A DNA stretch of 57,040 nt, filler included, from Sphacelaria rigidula (GCA_964200075.2; 8 parts of 8 records of this genome joined end to end with filler, not necessarily neighbours in it); one strand, 5' to 3'. Shown: positions 26,720 to 40,428, numbered from the whole stretch's first letter. Numbers and translations: made by a program. Notes: generated by a model from the sequence alone, not told the origin.

Positions 26720-27640
26720 TACCTTCAGCTGCTCTTCCTCATCTACATCACGTCTCAGCGCTTCTTTGTTTTTTTCATCATGTCTCTTACTTTCGTCTTG
26801 TACTCTTGTACCCCCCACATTCATCTATGGACAGAATCTCGTCTTGGTGTCCTTTCATGTCCTTCTATACTTTCTCGACTACTCTATCCTACCTTATTCC
26901 AGCTTACCCTTGCATCACTTTCTTCCATGTAGCCCCGTCGACTATGGCTGACAACCTCTTCCTTGGCATATTCCTTGCGCTATATTGTCATTTCGATTTT
27001 CTTATGTCTTTGTTTCGAGTGGGTTCATTCCCAGTTCCGCTCTCAATGCTATCATTGAGGATGAGAACCCGGAGGATGAAAATCTTCGTATCCGCACCAA
27101 ATGATCGAAATATGGTTCCATTCCTTCGCCTACTGGTGGCTATTGACAGGTACTACACGCCATACAAATTGTGCTTTTGATAACCGAAATGCGGGGGTCC
27201 TAGCTGAAAAAACGATTTCGGGTAATTTCGGCGATCCGATCGGATCACCTGAATTCTCCACAACTGCTTCTTCACCTGGGACCCCGACATTTTTGTTATC
27301 GAAATCACAAATTGCAGGGCGTGTAGCAGTTGTCAATAGCTACCAGTAGGTGAAGGAATGGAAACATATTTCGAACATTTGGTGTGGGTACGAGGGTGTT
27401 AATCCTCCGGGTTCTCATCCTCGATGAAAATCTCCATCCTCAATTTCGACGACCGGCTGTTTGTTGTCTGTACTGTTTCCAACTTCTTCACCAAATACGC
27501 GTTCCCCTCCCATACTTCCCCCGCATATTCCAGCTTTGGTACAATCACATTCATCAGGATACATCTCTTCAGCCGATACCTTACGAACGTTACGAGGGTC
27601 TTCTTCTCCGAGCCCTTCCTGCCGAGTACGAAAGGGTTCG
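26720..27640 (-). mobile_element. Non-LTR retrotransposon fragment interrupted by a palindromic insert
   Basis: Collinear with 42110-42590 on both sides of the 27052-27427 insert. Confidence 0.75.
27052..27427. mobile_element. Fully palindromic (fold-back) element
   Basis: tcattgaggatgagaacccggaggat ... atcctccgggttctcatcctcgatga; centre gatccgatcggatc at ~27234-27247. Confidence 0.85.
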
Positions 27641-27698
27641 TATTATAGTTGCGAGAAACGCGGCTTTAATATAGCGGACATTCGACATATGGTCAGCA

Positions 27699-27957
27699 CC
27701 ATCTCCTTCAACACCGTCAAAGCGCTGAACACCAACAATCTCTCGAAAGCAGAGGATCTCTGGCCGTTCGCTCTCACGAATGAACCAGTTGCTTCTTTCG
27801 ACGGCAGTGGGCTATTCGGAGCCTTCGGAGGGGCCGACGGCGAAGGGAAAAGAGGATCGGCCCTCATGAGCGATGAAGAACCACTCGAGGGACGGGGGCT
27901 TCGTGGTAGAGTCAACAATGTCCTTCTAATGACCAGCCTGCCGCTGTTGGCACTAGC
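27699..27957 (-). CDS. Candidate exon, possibly upstream part of the FERM-like gene
   Basis: GCACAG| ASANSGRLVIRRTLLTLPRSP...SSAFERLLVFSALTVLKEM |GTGCTG; GC-rich open frame with an open antisense frame. Donor weak, boundaries uncertain. Confidence 0.3.
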
Positions 27958-28472
27958 CTGTGCATTGACGATAGTGGCAGTAATCCACTATGTCAGGCCG
28001 ATACTTGGCAGCTCATTGTATCAACGTGTAACGTCGGACAACAATAGACAGCGCGGAAGATTTGGTGGCATTACCGACGCAAAGGATGGGCTCACTCTTG
28101 CAGCGGAACCGGCCGTAGGAGAAAGGAACGGCGGCAAAAATAGTACAGTCGAGTCATGCTACGATAGGGGGGGGTGGTATTCGATTCCACGAAAAAGTGG
28201 GCTCTTAGGTGCATCAGACGACCCAACACAATCACGGTGCGCTTGCCAACACACTCACGGTGCGCTTGTATTTGGGCAAAAGCGATGTCAAACAGTATGA
28301 ACGACCGTTACAAATCGAAAGCAAGCGCGTTCGAGCTACCGGTGCTGCTATTGGCGACGATTGCAAGTAAAATTTCGTTGAAGAAAACGATCCGAAAGAC
28401 CTACGGACCGGCACCCCCCCCCACCAAGACCCCACCCCCCCGACCGGTCCCGACACCCAGGCTCCATCAGAC

Positions 28473-28572
28473 NNNNNNNNNNNNNNNNNNNNNNNNNNNN
28501 NNNNNNNNNNNNNNNNTTAATTAATTAANNNNNNNNNNNNNNNNNNNNNNNNNNNNNNNNNNNNNNNNNNNN
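28473..28572. other. Artificial scaffold linker
   Basis: N-TTAATTAATTAA-N, 100 nt. Confidence 0.98.
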
Positions 28573-28912
28573 TGACTTTGTGAGTAGTTGTGTAGTTAGT
28601 TCCTTAATCCCAGCCCCGAGGGTGGGGGGGGGGGGGGGGGGGGTACATGATTACCCAAAACAACAGTGTTCGTGTATGCGGCGTATTGTACACACTACTG
28701 TACGTGTATCGTTGCAGACTAGAAGCGTCGTAAAGCCCACCAACATGCCGCAGAGAGCCGACATGTTTTCCAACACCACCTCAAGTACTGTAACGCCACC
28801 ACAAAGTGATTATCTTGAGGAAACCGCTTTTGGTCAAAACGATCCCCCCGCCCTGCCATGGGATGACCCAGCGCGCGTAAAGCCGACGGGAGGGGGCGGG
28901 CATGCCACCCAC

Positions 28913-29227
28913 CACACCTGTTCCAGAATCAATACTGTAGGCTCCGCTTGATGCACCCGCCCGGATGATGACGTTGTCAAAACCCGAAAAGTCGTTACCA
29001 GGGGACAGTATTTGAGGGGGGAAGGGGAAGCGAGGGATGATATGTAATGTATCCCTTGACATGTCTGTAGGTACTGATATGGTGCCTGCCGCAGCCAGAC
29101 ACTTTACCATCCGGAGGTATAATTCAGGGGGTGGTGTACAACGTATGGGTCTTCTACGCCGTACACTATGGACTGGCAACATCTGTAAAAGGCGGGCAAA
29201 TTTTCCAAGAGTAGTTTCTGGTATCGT
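28913..29227 (-). CDS. Candidate exon, unknown protein
   Basis: TTTCAG| TIPETTLGKFARLLQMLPVHSV...SGAYSIDSGTGV |GTGGGT, inside the 177-aa ORF; no family recognised. Confidence 0.3.
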
Positions 29228-31768
29228 CTGAAAGTTAAGCAGCGACAGACTTGCCAGGCAAAACTTCGAGTAGGTATTGCAGTATTCGGGTGTTTGCGTC
29301 CATAAAGAAGCCATTCACAAGGATTAGTACGCGAATAAAACAACGATATCAAGCAATGGTATGCGAAGCAGAGGTGCTTGTTCTTCGGGCACCGTGCATT
29401 CGAAGGTGCTGTGACATTAGCCGCGGACGATGTGTTATTTTCCATAAACAGTCTCATTTGTATTGTACCTTGTATACCGTGCCTCGATATTATTCTTCCT
29501 CGAGTACCAATGTTTGATGTTCGATATCCCAGACACCTCATCATGTATCCGCTTGTCTTTGTTCTCACAAAGTGCTCCTGCTTCGGACCCACAAAACCAC
29601 CGCTGTTCACAGTTCCCAAAGAAACGCCGAATGTAAGAAGATAATGCGTATGCATTTTCCCGTTCTTATGCAGCACGCCGTTGTGAAACTGTAGTCTCAT
29701 AAGGGCATAGTTTACATGCAGAATAGAAAACAGGGCGACCCACGGTACAGGGAGGCGAGAACGAAACTCTGTAGATGAGCGAAACACGGTGTGAACAGGA
29801 TAGCCGCGATGGTACTTGCAGGTCACGTGGCAACCTTTTATTTTTGTTCAGTCTCAGAAGGTACTACTCCAGCTGAACGGTGTATGCTAAGGTATTTTTC
29901 AGGCATGATATATATATATATATATATGCGCCACACTGCACGACCAATACTCTATCAAAATGAATATACTGCGTACAGTACACCGCTTAAACGTAACGTC
30001 TAACTAGAGCAGCAGTACAAGCTGACTCTCGAATACATGTTTTCAAGCTCAGCATTAGTCTTGTTCCTGGACTCAAGCGCTGCCTTTTTTGTGGGGGTAC
30101 GATCTCGCTTTACCTAAGGCCCTAAAACGCTGGGCAAGGATACCACTGCGAAAAAAACACCGATGCCTTCCATCTTCCTATATATAAAGCGCACCCCAAA
30201 ATATGGGCAGTTCAGACGCTCAAGTATTCGCCTATACCAAAAACGAGGGTTTCGCCAACGACTAACCCACCACGTATGATGTGAGAACCCTACGTGAATC
30301 CCTAGTATCACGTCACGCAGTAACACGGCAATGCAACACCTTGAACATCATCCAGTTTCCAGAAAAAAAAAAAAAACTTCGCGTCTTTTCTCATTTGGGT
30401 TTGTCTCGAGGTTGTTGTTCTTATAAACCGAATCCTCCTGTTGGTACGCAGCTAACTTACGGATTAGTATATACTGCTGAATGAGCCCCCTCCCCCATCC
30501 CCCCCCGCCCAGTCGACCAGTGCAGCAGTGGCATTCCGGTATCGGTAGCACATATAACATTACGGTGCAATACTACTATGACATGATAAGCACATGTTTA
30601 GTAATGTTGCGCTATTGATTGGTGCGTATATTTAGATACATCATATGCGTTTTCATCCCTAGGTATGTGTCCGTGGATGACGGGAAACCCTTGTTCCACT
30701 TATATTGATACCGAGAGACTTGACGTCCCGCCGGAGTGAGTCTCGACCTGATAAGTGCAATATTTACCTAATCACCTCAAGTCTCAGAAATGGTGGGGGG
30801 ATCAACAAGCAGGCATCCACGAGAGACAAATATATACCTTTAGGTATAGAACGAGTAGGTTACCAAGAGCAAAGCGCGCGAAAGTACGAAACGCGCTCAT
30901 CACGTTTTCCTGTAAAGGCGGACTATTAGAGCGAGACACGGCACAGGAATTACCACGACAAACGCGACAGCTCTATACAAATCGTGAGCGGCTAGACAAA
31001 GGATTGACAGAGCTTCCAGCAAGCGTGGTGCCTATGGTTGACGGAACGACCGTTGGGTCCGTGGCCTATGGCGCCTGAACTCAATTTTGACCATCGCAAT
31101 AGCAAACTTACACGAGTATACAGGGGACGGCATATCGCTCAGTTTCGACACCACACCCAACCTTTTTTCTGAGCTCAAAGTTGGCGAGGGGGAGGGGGCA
31201 GGGTCGGGTACTATATCCACGCAATTAGTGTGTCAGAAGTAGTCAGAGTTCCAAAGATGGAGTTGATTCACGTGATGGAGGTGTTGCTCCTGAACTCGGA
31301 GCAGGGGAGTAAGCTGTCTTTCAGATATTGGTACGAGCATTGACCGATGCGGTACTTAGGAGGGTCGAATTGATGTGAGTGAGGCGGCTGAATTCGGCAG
31401 CTTGTTGGAGACCGCGCCACACCCTGCAGGACGGTGTCGAAAAAGATCGATTCACCTAACCAGCCTTCTGGGCACGTTGGATCACCCCTGAGGCTAATGC
31501 AACGACTCGCAGGGTCCTTCATACTGCATTTGTAGTGGTTCAGATCAATGTTGGAAAAAAAATCTGTTGACCAAAAAAGGAATCGAGTTGTAGTCATGAT
31601 CTTGCATGTCACACAGTAGGGGGCTGTCTAACTATTCATTTTGCGGCATGTTGTGATTTTGTCGTAATTGGCGATTTTCTCGGGCTGTTTTCGCTTGTCA
31701 CCGCTTATAACATTGGGGATCTAAAAGTATTTGTATCCACTCGACATTCCAAGAAAACAATCATACGT

Positions 31769-32121
31769 GCTCAATATTGAGTGACTTAAGGGCTGACCGG
31801 CGATCGGGGGTCCTGCCACGCTTCAGCCCAGATTCTCACCTTCGGTATTTTCGGTCGTTTGAGCCTGTCCCGATTATATTTGTGAAGAAATATGCACTTT
31901 TACTTTTTTGGAATGTTACCTACTCATTGTACTAGAGCGAAAAACTGTGTTTCACGGTCAGTTACACCCTCCTGATGAACGGGGTATTTACTCGTACCCC
32001 CCGATAGCATAAACTGACACTGACTTGGGCACTTCGTTTCGAGGGTGATCTGTATATACCACAATCTACCGACGCTAGCAATTTCGAGCTCTATCGGAGA
32101 GTATTACGCGAGGAAAATCCC
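31769..32121. repeat. Interspersed ~350-bp repeat
   Basis: Collinear with 55301-55651 (ctcaatattgagt...cgcgaggaaaatc). Confidence 0.8.
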
Positions 32122-33041
32122 AAAACACCCCTGAGTAGTTAGACCGCCCACTACTGTAGTCATATGACCATTGACCTCGCATCCCTACAAAGCCGGGACG
32201 GAGCACGCCGAATTTTCGCCGGACCAGGCTCGCAATCAATCACCAAACGCAAAGCACCGTGATGTGTTCGGCGAGTCGCATGGAGGATGAACTGCATCCT
32301 GCTAAGATTGTTCGACCCGAAGTGTACTGATTAACTCGCATATGGGTGACAACCTCGAATGAGTTGCTTCATTTTCCGGCATCGCCACTTCCAGAGACAG
32401 CCACGGGCTCCACACTGCTTCATGGATCTCTGCCTCACCATGTCAACACTACGTGGTACGATCATCCCCTTTGCGCGATATGGAGCTTCTCTCATCCCTC
32501 ACAGTATGATCTAGCTCGACCACCATCATGGTCACCACAATAAAAACGCAGGCGCGCACAAAACCTCGGTGACCTGATTCGCTAGCTTACGCAGTGAGTA
32601 GCGTGTTTTACAGCGTCATTGCCAACCGACGCCAACCCCATAAGGCAGGGGGGAAGTGTGCGCTGTGCGTGAAGACATGGGTGTGAAACTTAACGCCGTG
32701 AGATGGGCACAAACAGCAATACTTACATTAGGTGATGAATCATATACGAATGGAAACAACGCTGTTAGAAACCGGATAGACATCAAGCATGCAGTGGTTT
32801 GTGCAGGGTAACTGGTGATTTGATGATCATACAGACATATATTTCCTCTTGTATGGCGATATGATCTTGTTGAATAATTCACCCGACTAGAGGATACCAT
32901 TTCACTTACGATCAATGTAAGTAGGTTGTACGCGGCCATACATCAAATAATAGCTACACGTTCAACCTCTACGGGCGGGGTGAGGGTTGGGGTGGGGTCC
33001 CCGTGTCCTTACTTTTTACTATACTCGAGACGTTGGCTTAC

Positions 33042-33200
33042 CACGATTGTGTAGCAGTCTCCCAGAAGCGCGTAAAACGGATTGTTTGCCATGGGCCCCT
33101 CTTTGTTAGGCTCGTCAAACCCGTCAACCTTGGTCGGCCTCACAATGTGTTTGCCACGATCGAGCATCTCCTCCGACAGGGTTCGCTTGAGTGTCGCCGA
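33042..33200 (-). CDS. Internal exon, unknown protein
   Basis: CTGCAG| SATLKRTLSEEMLDRGKHIVRPTKVDGFDEPNKEGPMANNPFYALLGDCYTIV |GTAAGC; 53 codons, phase 0-0, strong splice sites. Confidence 0.6.
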
Positions 33201-33569
33201 CTGCAGTGAGTAGCGGACAACAGAATAGAACAGGCTGTGACAAAAGCAAACTGAATATAACGCCAACTTTATTTTGTCGTATAGTAGGATACTTCACAAC
33301 GATGAGCCATATAACTGCAGTCGAGACACGTCTGCCAGAACACCAGATATAAAAAATACATGCAGCCGATCTCGTCATTCTGTTTCCCCACGCACAATCT
33401 TGGACGGCAACTGAACCCGTGTCATTTTGTCCGTTTCACGAAACCAACTTACTTGCAAAGTACTTAATTAACTGTCGATTTGTTTAACCTTGATGATGCG
33501 AGAGACGTCTGCTGGATATTACCATAGTTTTTTCGTATTTCCGAGTTGGCGAATAGACTCTGCACTGAC

Positions 33570-33656
33570 ATTCTTTATGCCGGCCTTCCCCTTCAGTTCC
33601 TTCAGGCGTGTCACCTCTCCGACCACCGTTCCCAGCTTGTTCACCGACCGTTGTAG
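33570..33656 (-). CDS. Internal exon, unknown protein (upstream of 33042-33200)
   Basis: CAACAG| LQRSVNKLGTVVGEVTRLKELKGKAGIKN |GTCAGT; phase 0-0. An alternative frame and donor exist. Confidence 0.45.
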
Positions 33657-34715
33657 CTGTTGTTCAAACGCGACCCGAATAAAACAGGATGGGCGGATTT
33701 GCCAACGAGCGAGGAAGAAAATACATACTGATCTTGATACAGCAGCAGAAGCAGGATCAACAGTACTAGTATTTCGGTGCAGTAATTAGTTTTGAACTAT
33801 TATAGTAGTGTTTTACTATTTGGCTGTCGACGTGAAGTGAACAAATGGCTGCAGATATGTTCCGCCCGTGATTCATCGTCTCCAGGCATGCCGTTAGGAC
33901 CTGTCGCCGACGGTCGGAACAGATGTACTACAGTAGTCCCACATAACGGGCGCCACGTGACGGCAAAATAGCAGCAGCAGGGGTCAGGTGCGAGTGGATA
34001 CTAGTGCCATCCTCTGTCCTCTTTAGAAAAGGCAAGGGGGTGATGAATGTACTAATATTCGCACCGCACCCCAAACATCAATATAATCTCCACCCCGAAG
34101 GGGAGAGAGGGGGACGGGGGTAATCTGAACTCAAGGAATTACCCTGCCGCATGTCGTAAGACCTCAAGTGTGAAGTTGACTCGAGTAACAAGAGTCTGAC
34201 ACCGAACTCGAGATGAGGATATACGGTGTTGCGACGAGTTGGCGGGAGACAGCCGCGAGCCAGACCAGTTGCACCGATGTGGTGACTGGGAAACGAGGAG
34301 AGGTCAGCTGAGTCACCGATTGACCTACAAACAAGGCGCACCCCACACCGGACAGAAAGCGATTTGGAAAGACTGCATATTTTTTCCAAGGTGAAGGCTA
34401 CGGCACGGTTTGCGCGGGCCGGGCTTGCAAACCTGCACTGCAGTAGCCCGGGTTACGTTTCGGTGAAGTTTCCCGCGTGATGTGGTTCGACATCTACAGT
34501 ATTCGCACAGAAGCAGTGTCACACACGTATTTGAAGTGACCCGGCTGTCACAAATGTCGGTTACGATAGAGCGTGCCGAACTCAGAAGCAGAACAGAGCC
34601 TCCTGAAGTATAGTATGCTGCTCCTCAATGGCCACGGAAAAAGTTTGATCACGGTGCGTAAAATTTCATCATACACACACGCGCATACGCACATCTTATT
34701 TTGTCGCACTTTGCA

Positions 34716-34940
34716 CCCTTTCCCTTCCTCAGGACGAGTCCGTGGTCTTGAGAAACCGACCCATCTCTCCCCGGTACAGGTCTTGCATTTTTGGTTTTAC
34801 GGATTGGGTCAGCACTCCCGCACCGCGTCAACTCTCGTCCAACAAACCCAGTCAACTACTTTTTGTCTACTCACATAATCACGCTTTCGACGATGCAAAT
34901 CAGATATTTGAGAGGGAAAACCGAACGCATCGGGAACCGA
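34716..34940 (-). mobile_element. SINE-like family B copy
   Basis: ggacgagtccgtggtct...ggattgggtcagcactcccgcaccgcgtcaactc body shared with other copies. Confidence 0.7.
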
Positions 34941-35614
34941 ACCAAGACATACGTCTATATGAAAAGATCAGAGTGATCGAATAATAGGTGGTTTGTAGTT
35001 CAAAGCGCTCGAAGCATGAGGTGCGCAGAATTAGCCAGTGCCACAAACCGCTTCCGCGCTCTTATGACGCGAATTTCGGCTACTTCCAGCTCACAGTGTT
35101 GACAAGATTCCTTGTTCATGATACCACGGACAGATCGACACTCGATCCAACCATTTCCTCGGTCGACGCTACTTGTGTATGAACGATTTCCTTCCCAAGT
35201 GCAGAAAACAATATCGCATTAAGATAAGCGCGGCAAACAACTTCGGCCCCTGGATCCTGCCACCGCGGTACATAATTTTGAAACTCCGAGTCCTATACTC
35301 GGAAGGTGGCACTATATCCTTGTCAGGCCCCAGCTCTCAACTCTAAAACCACGCTGTTATTCATTCCCTAGGAGTGTCAAAGTTCTCAGCCCCCCGCCCT
35401 CCCTCCTCCTCTTCCCTCCACAAACACACGGTTGTTGGTTGGAAACGACTATCTTCGACATTGGCCGAAAAGCAGCCCAACAGCGTTCTGAATGGAGCGA
35501 TCTGATATATATCGATACTGTACTAGAGTCCCCCCCACCAACCGTGGTGAGACACCCATGAGGCAGTGTATAAGCCGTTGCTGTCTCCGGAAGTGGCGAT
35601 ACCACAGAATAAAG

Positions 35615-35714
35615 NNNNNNNNNNNNNNNNNNNNNNNNNNNNNNNNNNNNNNNNNNNNTTAATTAATTAANNNNNNNNNNNNNNNNNNNNNNNNNNNNNN
35701 NNNNNNNNNNNNNN
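35615..35714. other. Artificial scaffold linker
   Basis: N-TTAATTAATTAA-N, 100 nt. Confidence 0.98.
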
Positions 35715-35749
35715 GGGGGGTGGGGGGTGGGTTGGAGGTCGCATTTCCA

Positions 35750-36066
35750 ACCCCTCCACTTCCTCGGGATGAGTCCGCCGTCAAATGGAATCAGTCAGCA
35801 GTGCTTCCCCCGGGTGCACGTCTGACATGAAGGTATCGCGGATTGGGTCAGCACTTTCGCACCGCATCGACTGTCGCCTGCCGTCTAAGAAACTCAGCCA
35901 ATCAGACTCGTTTTGCTACTCGGGTCCCCATGCTCTTCAATGGAATGGCAAATATGAGAAACTCCTCAGCAGAAGAAAAATAAGTAAAACTAGACACCTG
36001 GCGAGAATCCAACCGGCCTTTTTCCCGCCATGACAGCGTCAGATGTACCGTGAGACCACCGGGGCG
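35750..36066 (-). mobile_element. SINE-like family B copy (diverged)
   Basis: Shares ttcctcggga...gattgggtcagcact body and tRNA-like head (accaccggggcg). Confidence 0.65.
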
Positions 36067-36444
36067 AATCGGCAAACAAGTGGATGATGACCATCAACAC
36101 TCCCGCGGCCCGTCGACCTCCATCCTGTGAACACATTCTCTCACGCTTTTCCCAACCGAAGCCAACAGAATAATTCCCTATTATCGTAATGCGAACCCCG
36201 AACTACTTCCCCCAAATTGGCCCATGACACTTGCCGATCTGAACACCGGAGCGCGGCGGTATAGGTAGTTGGCAAGAAAGGAAGCTCTTGACAAAAAAAA
36301 TATATAGCACTGCCGCAACAGCGAAATCCCAAAGTCGGTCAAAACTCTCACATAGGTACATATATTTGCTGCGAAGGGCTGCGAGTTGACCGGGAGATAT
36401 AAAATAATTCCACAGCCCAATGATGTGTTACCGCCCTGTTCCAC

Positions 36445-36475
<31 letters not shown>

Positions 36476-36630
36476 TGTGTGTGTGTGTGTGTGTGTGTTT
36501 CCAACAAAAGTGATTTCTGCGTGCCGGGTCCTTTTCTTGACAAAAAAAAAAAAAGCGGTTCCAAAACAATTCGAACGCGCGGAAAATATATATTTGATCG
36601 CGGTGGCGAAAACCCTATGACGAGCCTTAC

Positions 36631-36750
36631 CTGGCATTAGGTCTACAGGGGCCGCCGCCGCGAGCAGCGACAGAATGGTGTCCAGTCCCATCATTGGAGA
36701 AGCGACCAATCGTTGTTGCTCCGCGTTCAGCCGCTTTGACGGACCAGTTC
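36631..36750 (-). CDS. POLD2: DNA polymerase delta subunit 2, exon (4th of 4 seen)
   Basis: GGCAG| (G)TGPSKRLNAEQQRLVASPMMGLDTILSLLAAAAPVDLMP(G) |GTAAGG; LDxxLxxLxxxxPVDxMPG motif; phase 1-1. Confidence 0.9.
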
Positions 36751-37074
36751 CTGCCATTTTTGTATTTCGTTTTTTCCAAAGGTTTAAAAAAAAAAAAGGG
36801 AAAATGGATGATGATAACACGTTTCCTTCCGCAGAAATATACATAGTACTGCATCAACTGCTTATCTTTACAAGGGCGGCGAAGACGAAAATCGTAGTCA
36901 TGAACACGCTTACCAAAACCAATATATCGAAGCGCCTGCAGTAGTTTTTGTTCAAATCACCCGTGGGTTTTCCACCTCTCCATCTTCTCATTCGGAACGT
37001 GCTGATCAGCGGAGAGGTAAAAATTAGGATTTTCCACCTCGTTTGACCACGAAGCAGTCCATTTAGGTGCATAT

Positions 37075-37480
37075 TAGTATGATTATCATGATGATTATCA
37101 CGATGATCATGATTATTAATAATATATTATTATGATCGTTATTATTACCATTATCACCATTATCATTATCATCATTATCATCATTATTATCATCGTTATG
37201 ATTATTACTACTAGTACTAGTACTACTACTACTACTACTACTTTTGTTGTTCCTATTTTCATTGTTACGATTATCATTCACCACAATTATTGTTACTATC
37301 GTCAGAATCATTACCATTATCATCACTATTATTATACTACTACTATTTTTGTTGTTCCTATTTTCATTCTTACGATTATCATTTTCACTACAACTAGTGT
37401 TACTATCGTCAGCATCATTACCATTATCATCACCATTAACATCACTATCGTTACTACTATCATCGTTACTAGTATTATTT
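37075..37480. repeat. Compound (ATT/ATC/ACT)n low-complexity tract in POLD2 intron
   Basis: Degenerate trinucleotide run with an internal duplication (ttttgttgttcctattttcatt twice). Confidence 0.9.
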
Positions 37481-39016
37481 CTGCCCATAACCCGAGGACA
37501 CAGACTCGCCTTTCCGGTACCATCATCATTAATCCTTACATGAGATAGATGTATTATGCAAAATGTAGGCCGATATCTAATGACTTTGCATACGGGTTGC
37601 TCCTACAACAACGATGTCAAACTGTTCGTGATCAACGAATCAAGGGTTTCATCGCTTGAGCGCCGAACTTCCTTTCGGCGCAACATACGAATGATCTTCA
37701 AGGCCGGCAACCCCGGCTATTCCGTTAACCAGATCCTTGTTTGTTCGCGGCCACTAACCCCTACCCCGCACAAATTACAAGAACGTATACGGTGCACGTT
37801 TTTCAGTCTCCAACACTTGACTAATTCATGTGTGTCTCGTCAGCGAAGCATTGGTGTATCACACTTCGCCAGTGTCGCGGCAACACATGTCTGTGGTATG
37901 CGGCATCCAAACGGGCTCATTCGACCCATCGCCGTCCAAAAACAAGCGATCATGTACTCGTCCTTGAGGTGCGGCGGTCGATCTGATACGTAAGACACCT
38001 GACACTTAATATTCATGAGTACATGTATGTGTATGTTTATGCATTTTGGATCATAGTGCAGTCTGTCTTGTTTTTCCCCCAACTTTAAATTTTCTCGTCG
38101 TTTTTTCTAAATAACCGTTTATAGATATCAATTTAACAAATTGACGTCTACCATGGAATATTTTCAAGACTCACTTCAAGTTATACTTCATTAAGTTGAC
38201 ATTCTCATCCAAATAGTGCCGATGGGTGATTTACGAGTACCTCATTCGGATTGGTTCCCCACATTCTATTCAAATGCCTTCCAGCATAGATGAAGCAGAC
38301 CGACAAAACCGTTGACTCAACCAACAGGGAACACACCAGAACATCTCATAAATTGAGATGACTCACGTGTTACATCCTTCCACGGGTCGGACGAATTGAT
38401 GATTCATCTGGAAATTACTCGATTTTAGGGTGATTGATTCGTACCGTATGAATCAATCCTTGGTCTTTGTTTTCAGCGTTGCAACTCAGGCACGCGGAAT
38501 GGCGCAAAAGCTGCGTGGAGACCTTTTTGATGAGCGGTCAACTTTCTTCTCTCTTTCGAGCAATCAGGCCTTAGAAATCGTGGATTTGGTTGTTCGAACG
38601 GGCGATGATCCGTTCGAATCCTGTTTGCTTCCGATGCCCGACTCGGAATGAGGGCAGCAACCTATACCATCACTACCGCGATACACTGTATATACAGCAG
38701 CAGCCAAGCTACCACTACCACGACATATTGCCTCAGCACCCTTAACTTTACCCAACACGCTGAAACATAGAACCGGCTTGCTCGTGAGAATAACATTAGT
38801 CATGAGGACCTCAGGGCTGAACGTTTTGACTCGGTGGTCAGACAAGGATCTGAGAAACTCGGCTTCATTTGTTGGTCACACGCCAAGATAATCCACGCGC
38901 TTGTACACAAAGATGATATCTTTGAACAATAATTTCGGATGTGGCAAGGGAATAAAGTATTGGCGCTGGCTCCAGAACACTGACCCTCACTTGCGAGTCC
39001 ATCCTGAAGACCACGC

Positions 39017-39157
39017 CAACAACAACAACAACGGCAACAACAACAACGGCAACAACGACAACAACAGCAACAGCAGCGACAGCAGCAGTAACAGCAGCAA
39101 CAACAGCAGTAACAGCAGCAACAGCAGCAGTAACAGCAGCAACGGCAGCAACAGTAA
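39017..39157. repeat. (AAC/AGC)n microsatellite in POLD2 intron
   Basis: Direct inspection. Confidence 0.92.
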
Positions 39158-39336
39158 CGGAAATACTACCATTTCTGTTTGTTCGTCGCTCTTTGAAGCC
39201 CTTCTCTTCCTCGGGACGAGTCCGTGGTCTCAAGGGATCAACCCATCTCTCCTCGGTACCGTAGTATGTCTGAAAGGACATGGGGCAACATACAAATAGC
39301 GCATGCGTGAAAGCGTTCCAGCACTACTCCGCTTAC

Positions 39337-39398
39337 CGCTGAGTAATTCGGCGGAGGGCGCCGCCACGCTATCGCCGCACACAATCACTCGCCCGATC
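39337..39398 (-). CDS. POLD2: DNA polymerase delta subunit 2, exon (3rd of 4 seen)
   Basis: CGACAG| (R)IGRVIVCGDSVAAPSAELLS(G) |GTAAGC; matches the RVIxAGN motif; phase 2-1. Confidence 0.88.
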
Positions 39399-40294
39399 CT
39401 GTCGGTTCGACGACACAGGAAACACGGGAAACGACGAGGCGAGGCGAGGGGACGGGATGGAGTATCGGTTCGATTGACAACGACGTTGCTGCGCCATGAA
39501 GTCGAAGCATCGCCGTATACCATTCAACAAGGTGATCAGGAGCGACTCACGACCGACCTTCTGCCAACTCATACGCGCTCTACTTGACTACTACTCGTCG
39601 TTCACCGTTTCGCACCTCAAGCTTATGATTTTTTCAGAGTGCTCTCGAGAAACAAAATTGCTCTCCATAGTACACGTTTAGTGCTTCCTTGTATCGAGTA
39701 CAAACTGCTGACCGTCGATATCATTTGCTGCACCTGTGCGTTCTACCTAGGAGAAGGAGACGGACGCTGAGGCTACAGCTGTACACTGCTACAGAGTCAT
39801 ATATCGCTGACGGTTATCGGTTTCACTTGTGTTCACTTGGTAGCCTCGTTCGTGTCCCTCTTTGATAAAACCGTCTGCCATGCAACGATCACGACGTTGA
39901 CTGCACGTCTCTCCAAGATAGAATCTGCCAACTACGTCATTTTATTATACCATACGAAAATATAAGAGAGTTAGTTTGGTGTGTTTGGCAATCCAGTGCA
40001 CAGCGTATACACATACACGCGCGCACACGCGTTTTCCTCGCGTAAACTCCCATCATACCGCGACGTCACCAACTCCTCCCTCACGCGATTGTGAGTTGGA
40101 TCACGACCCTGCCTCATCTCACTCCCGCCGTAGCGAAACCTTATCCTGTAAGGGCATGATATAATACGCACCCCAGTGAAGTACTGTAGATACCGATCAT
40201 GTCCGAAAAATAGTCAGAAACTCATCACCCAGGGGTGGTATACTACGTATCAGTAATATGAAGCACTTTGTACCATACTGTGGGGTCGTCTAAC

Positions 40295-40428
40295 CTGGCG
40301 CTCGTGCCTTCCTGGTCTTCCTCCCCTCCCAAATACCCCGCGATGAAATCGGCAAGCAGAGATACTAAGAGAGGGTCGTGACTACCCCCGACCTGGAGGC
40401 CAGACACAAGAAGGACAAATCCTCCCGA
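40295..40428 (-). CDS. POLD2: DNA polymerase delta subunit 2, exon (2nd of 4 seen)
   Basis: TCGCAG| SGGFVLLVSGLQVGGSHDPLLVSLLADFIAGYLGGEEDQEGTSA(R) |GTTAGA; FVLLVSGL and LLxDxxxGxLG motifs; phase 0-2. This frame is absent from the ORF track. Confidence 0.92.

Noticed and set aside
27461-28300. 279-aa plus-strand ORF
   Set aside because: Begins in antisense LINE sequence and has no recognisable domain; may be the shadow of a minus-strand exon.
24890-34285. One MyTH4-FERM gene joining GCLPP..YPHL (~34143-34285) and LQRS exons to the FERM exon
   Set aside because: The pieces lie on different scaffolds across a linker, the MyTH4 similarity is weak, and splice phases are ambiguous.
37063-37548. 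Asn/Ile-rich ORFs; likewise 38865-39299, 40820-41423 and 643-1089
   Set aside because: Products of microsatellites.
39616-39668. Apparent start exon MESNFVSREHSEKIISLR in phase with the 39398 exon
   Set aside because: The exon at 40295-40428 supplies the conserved POLD2 motifs in the same phase.
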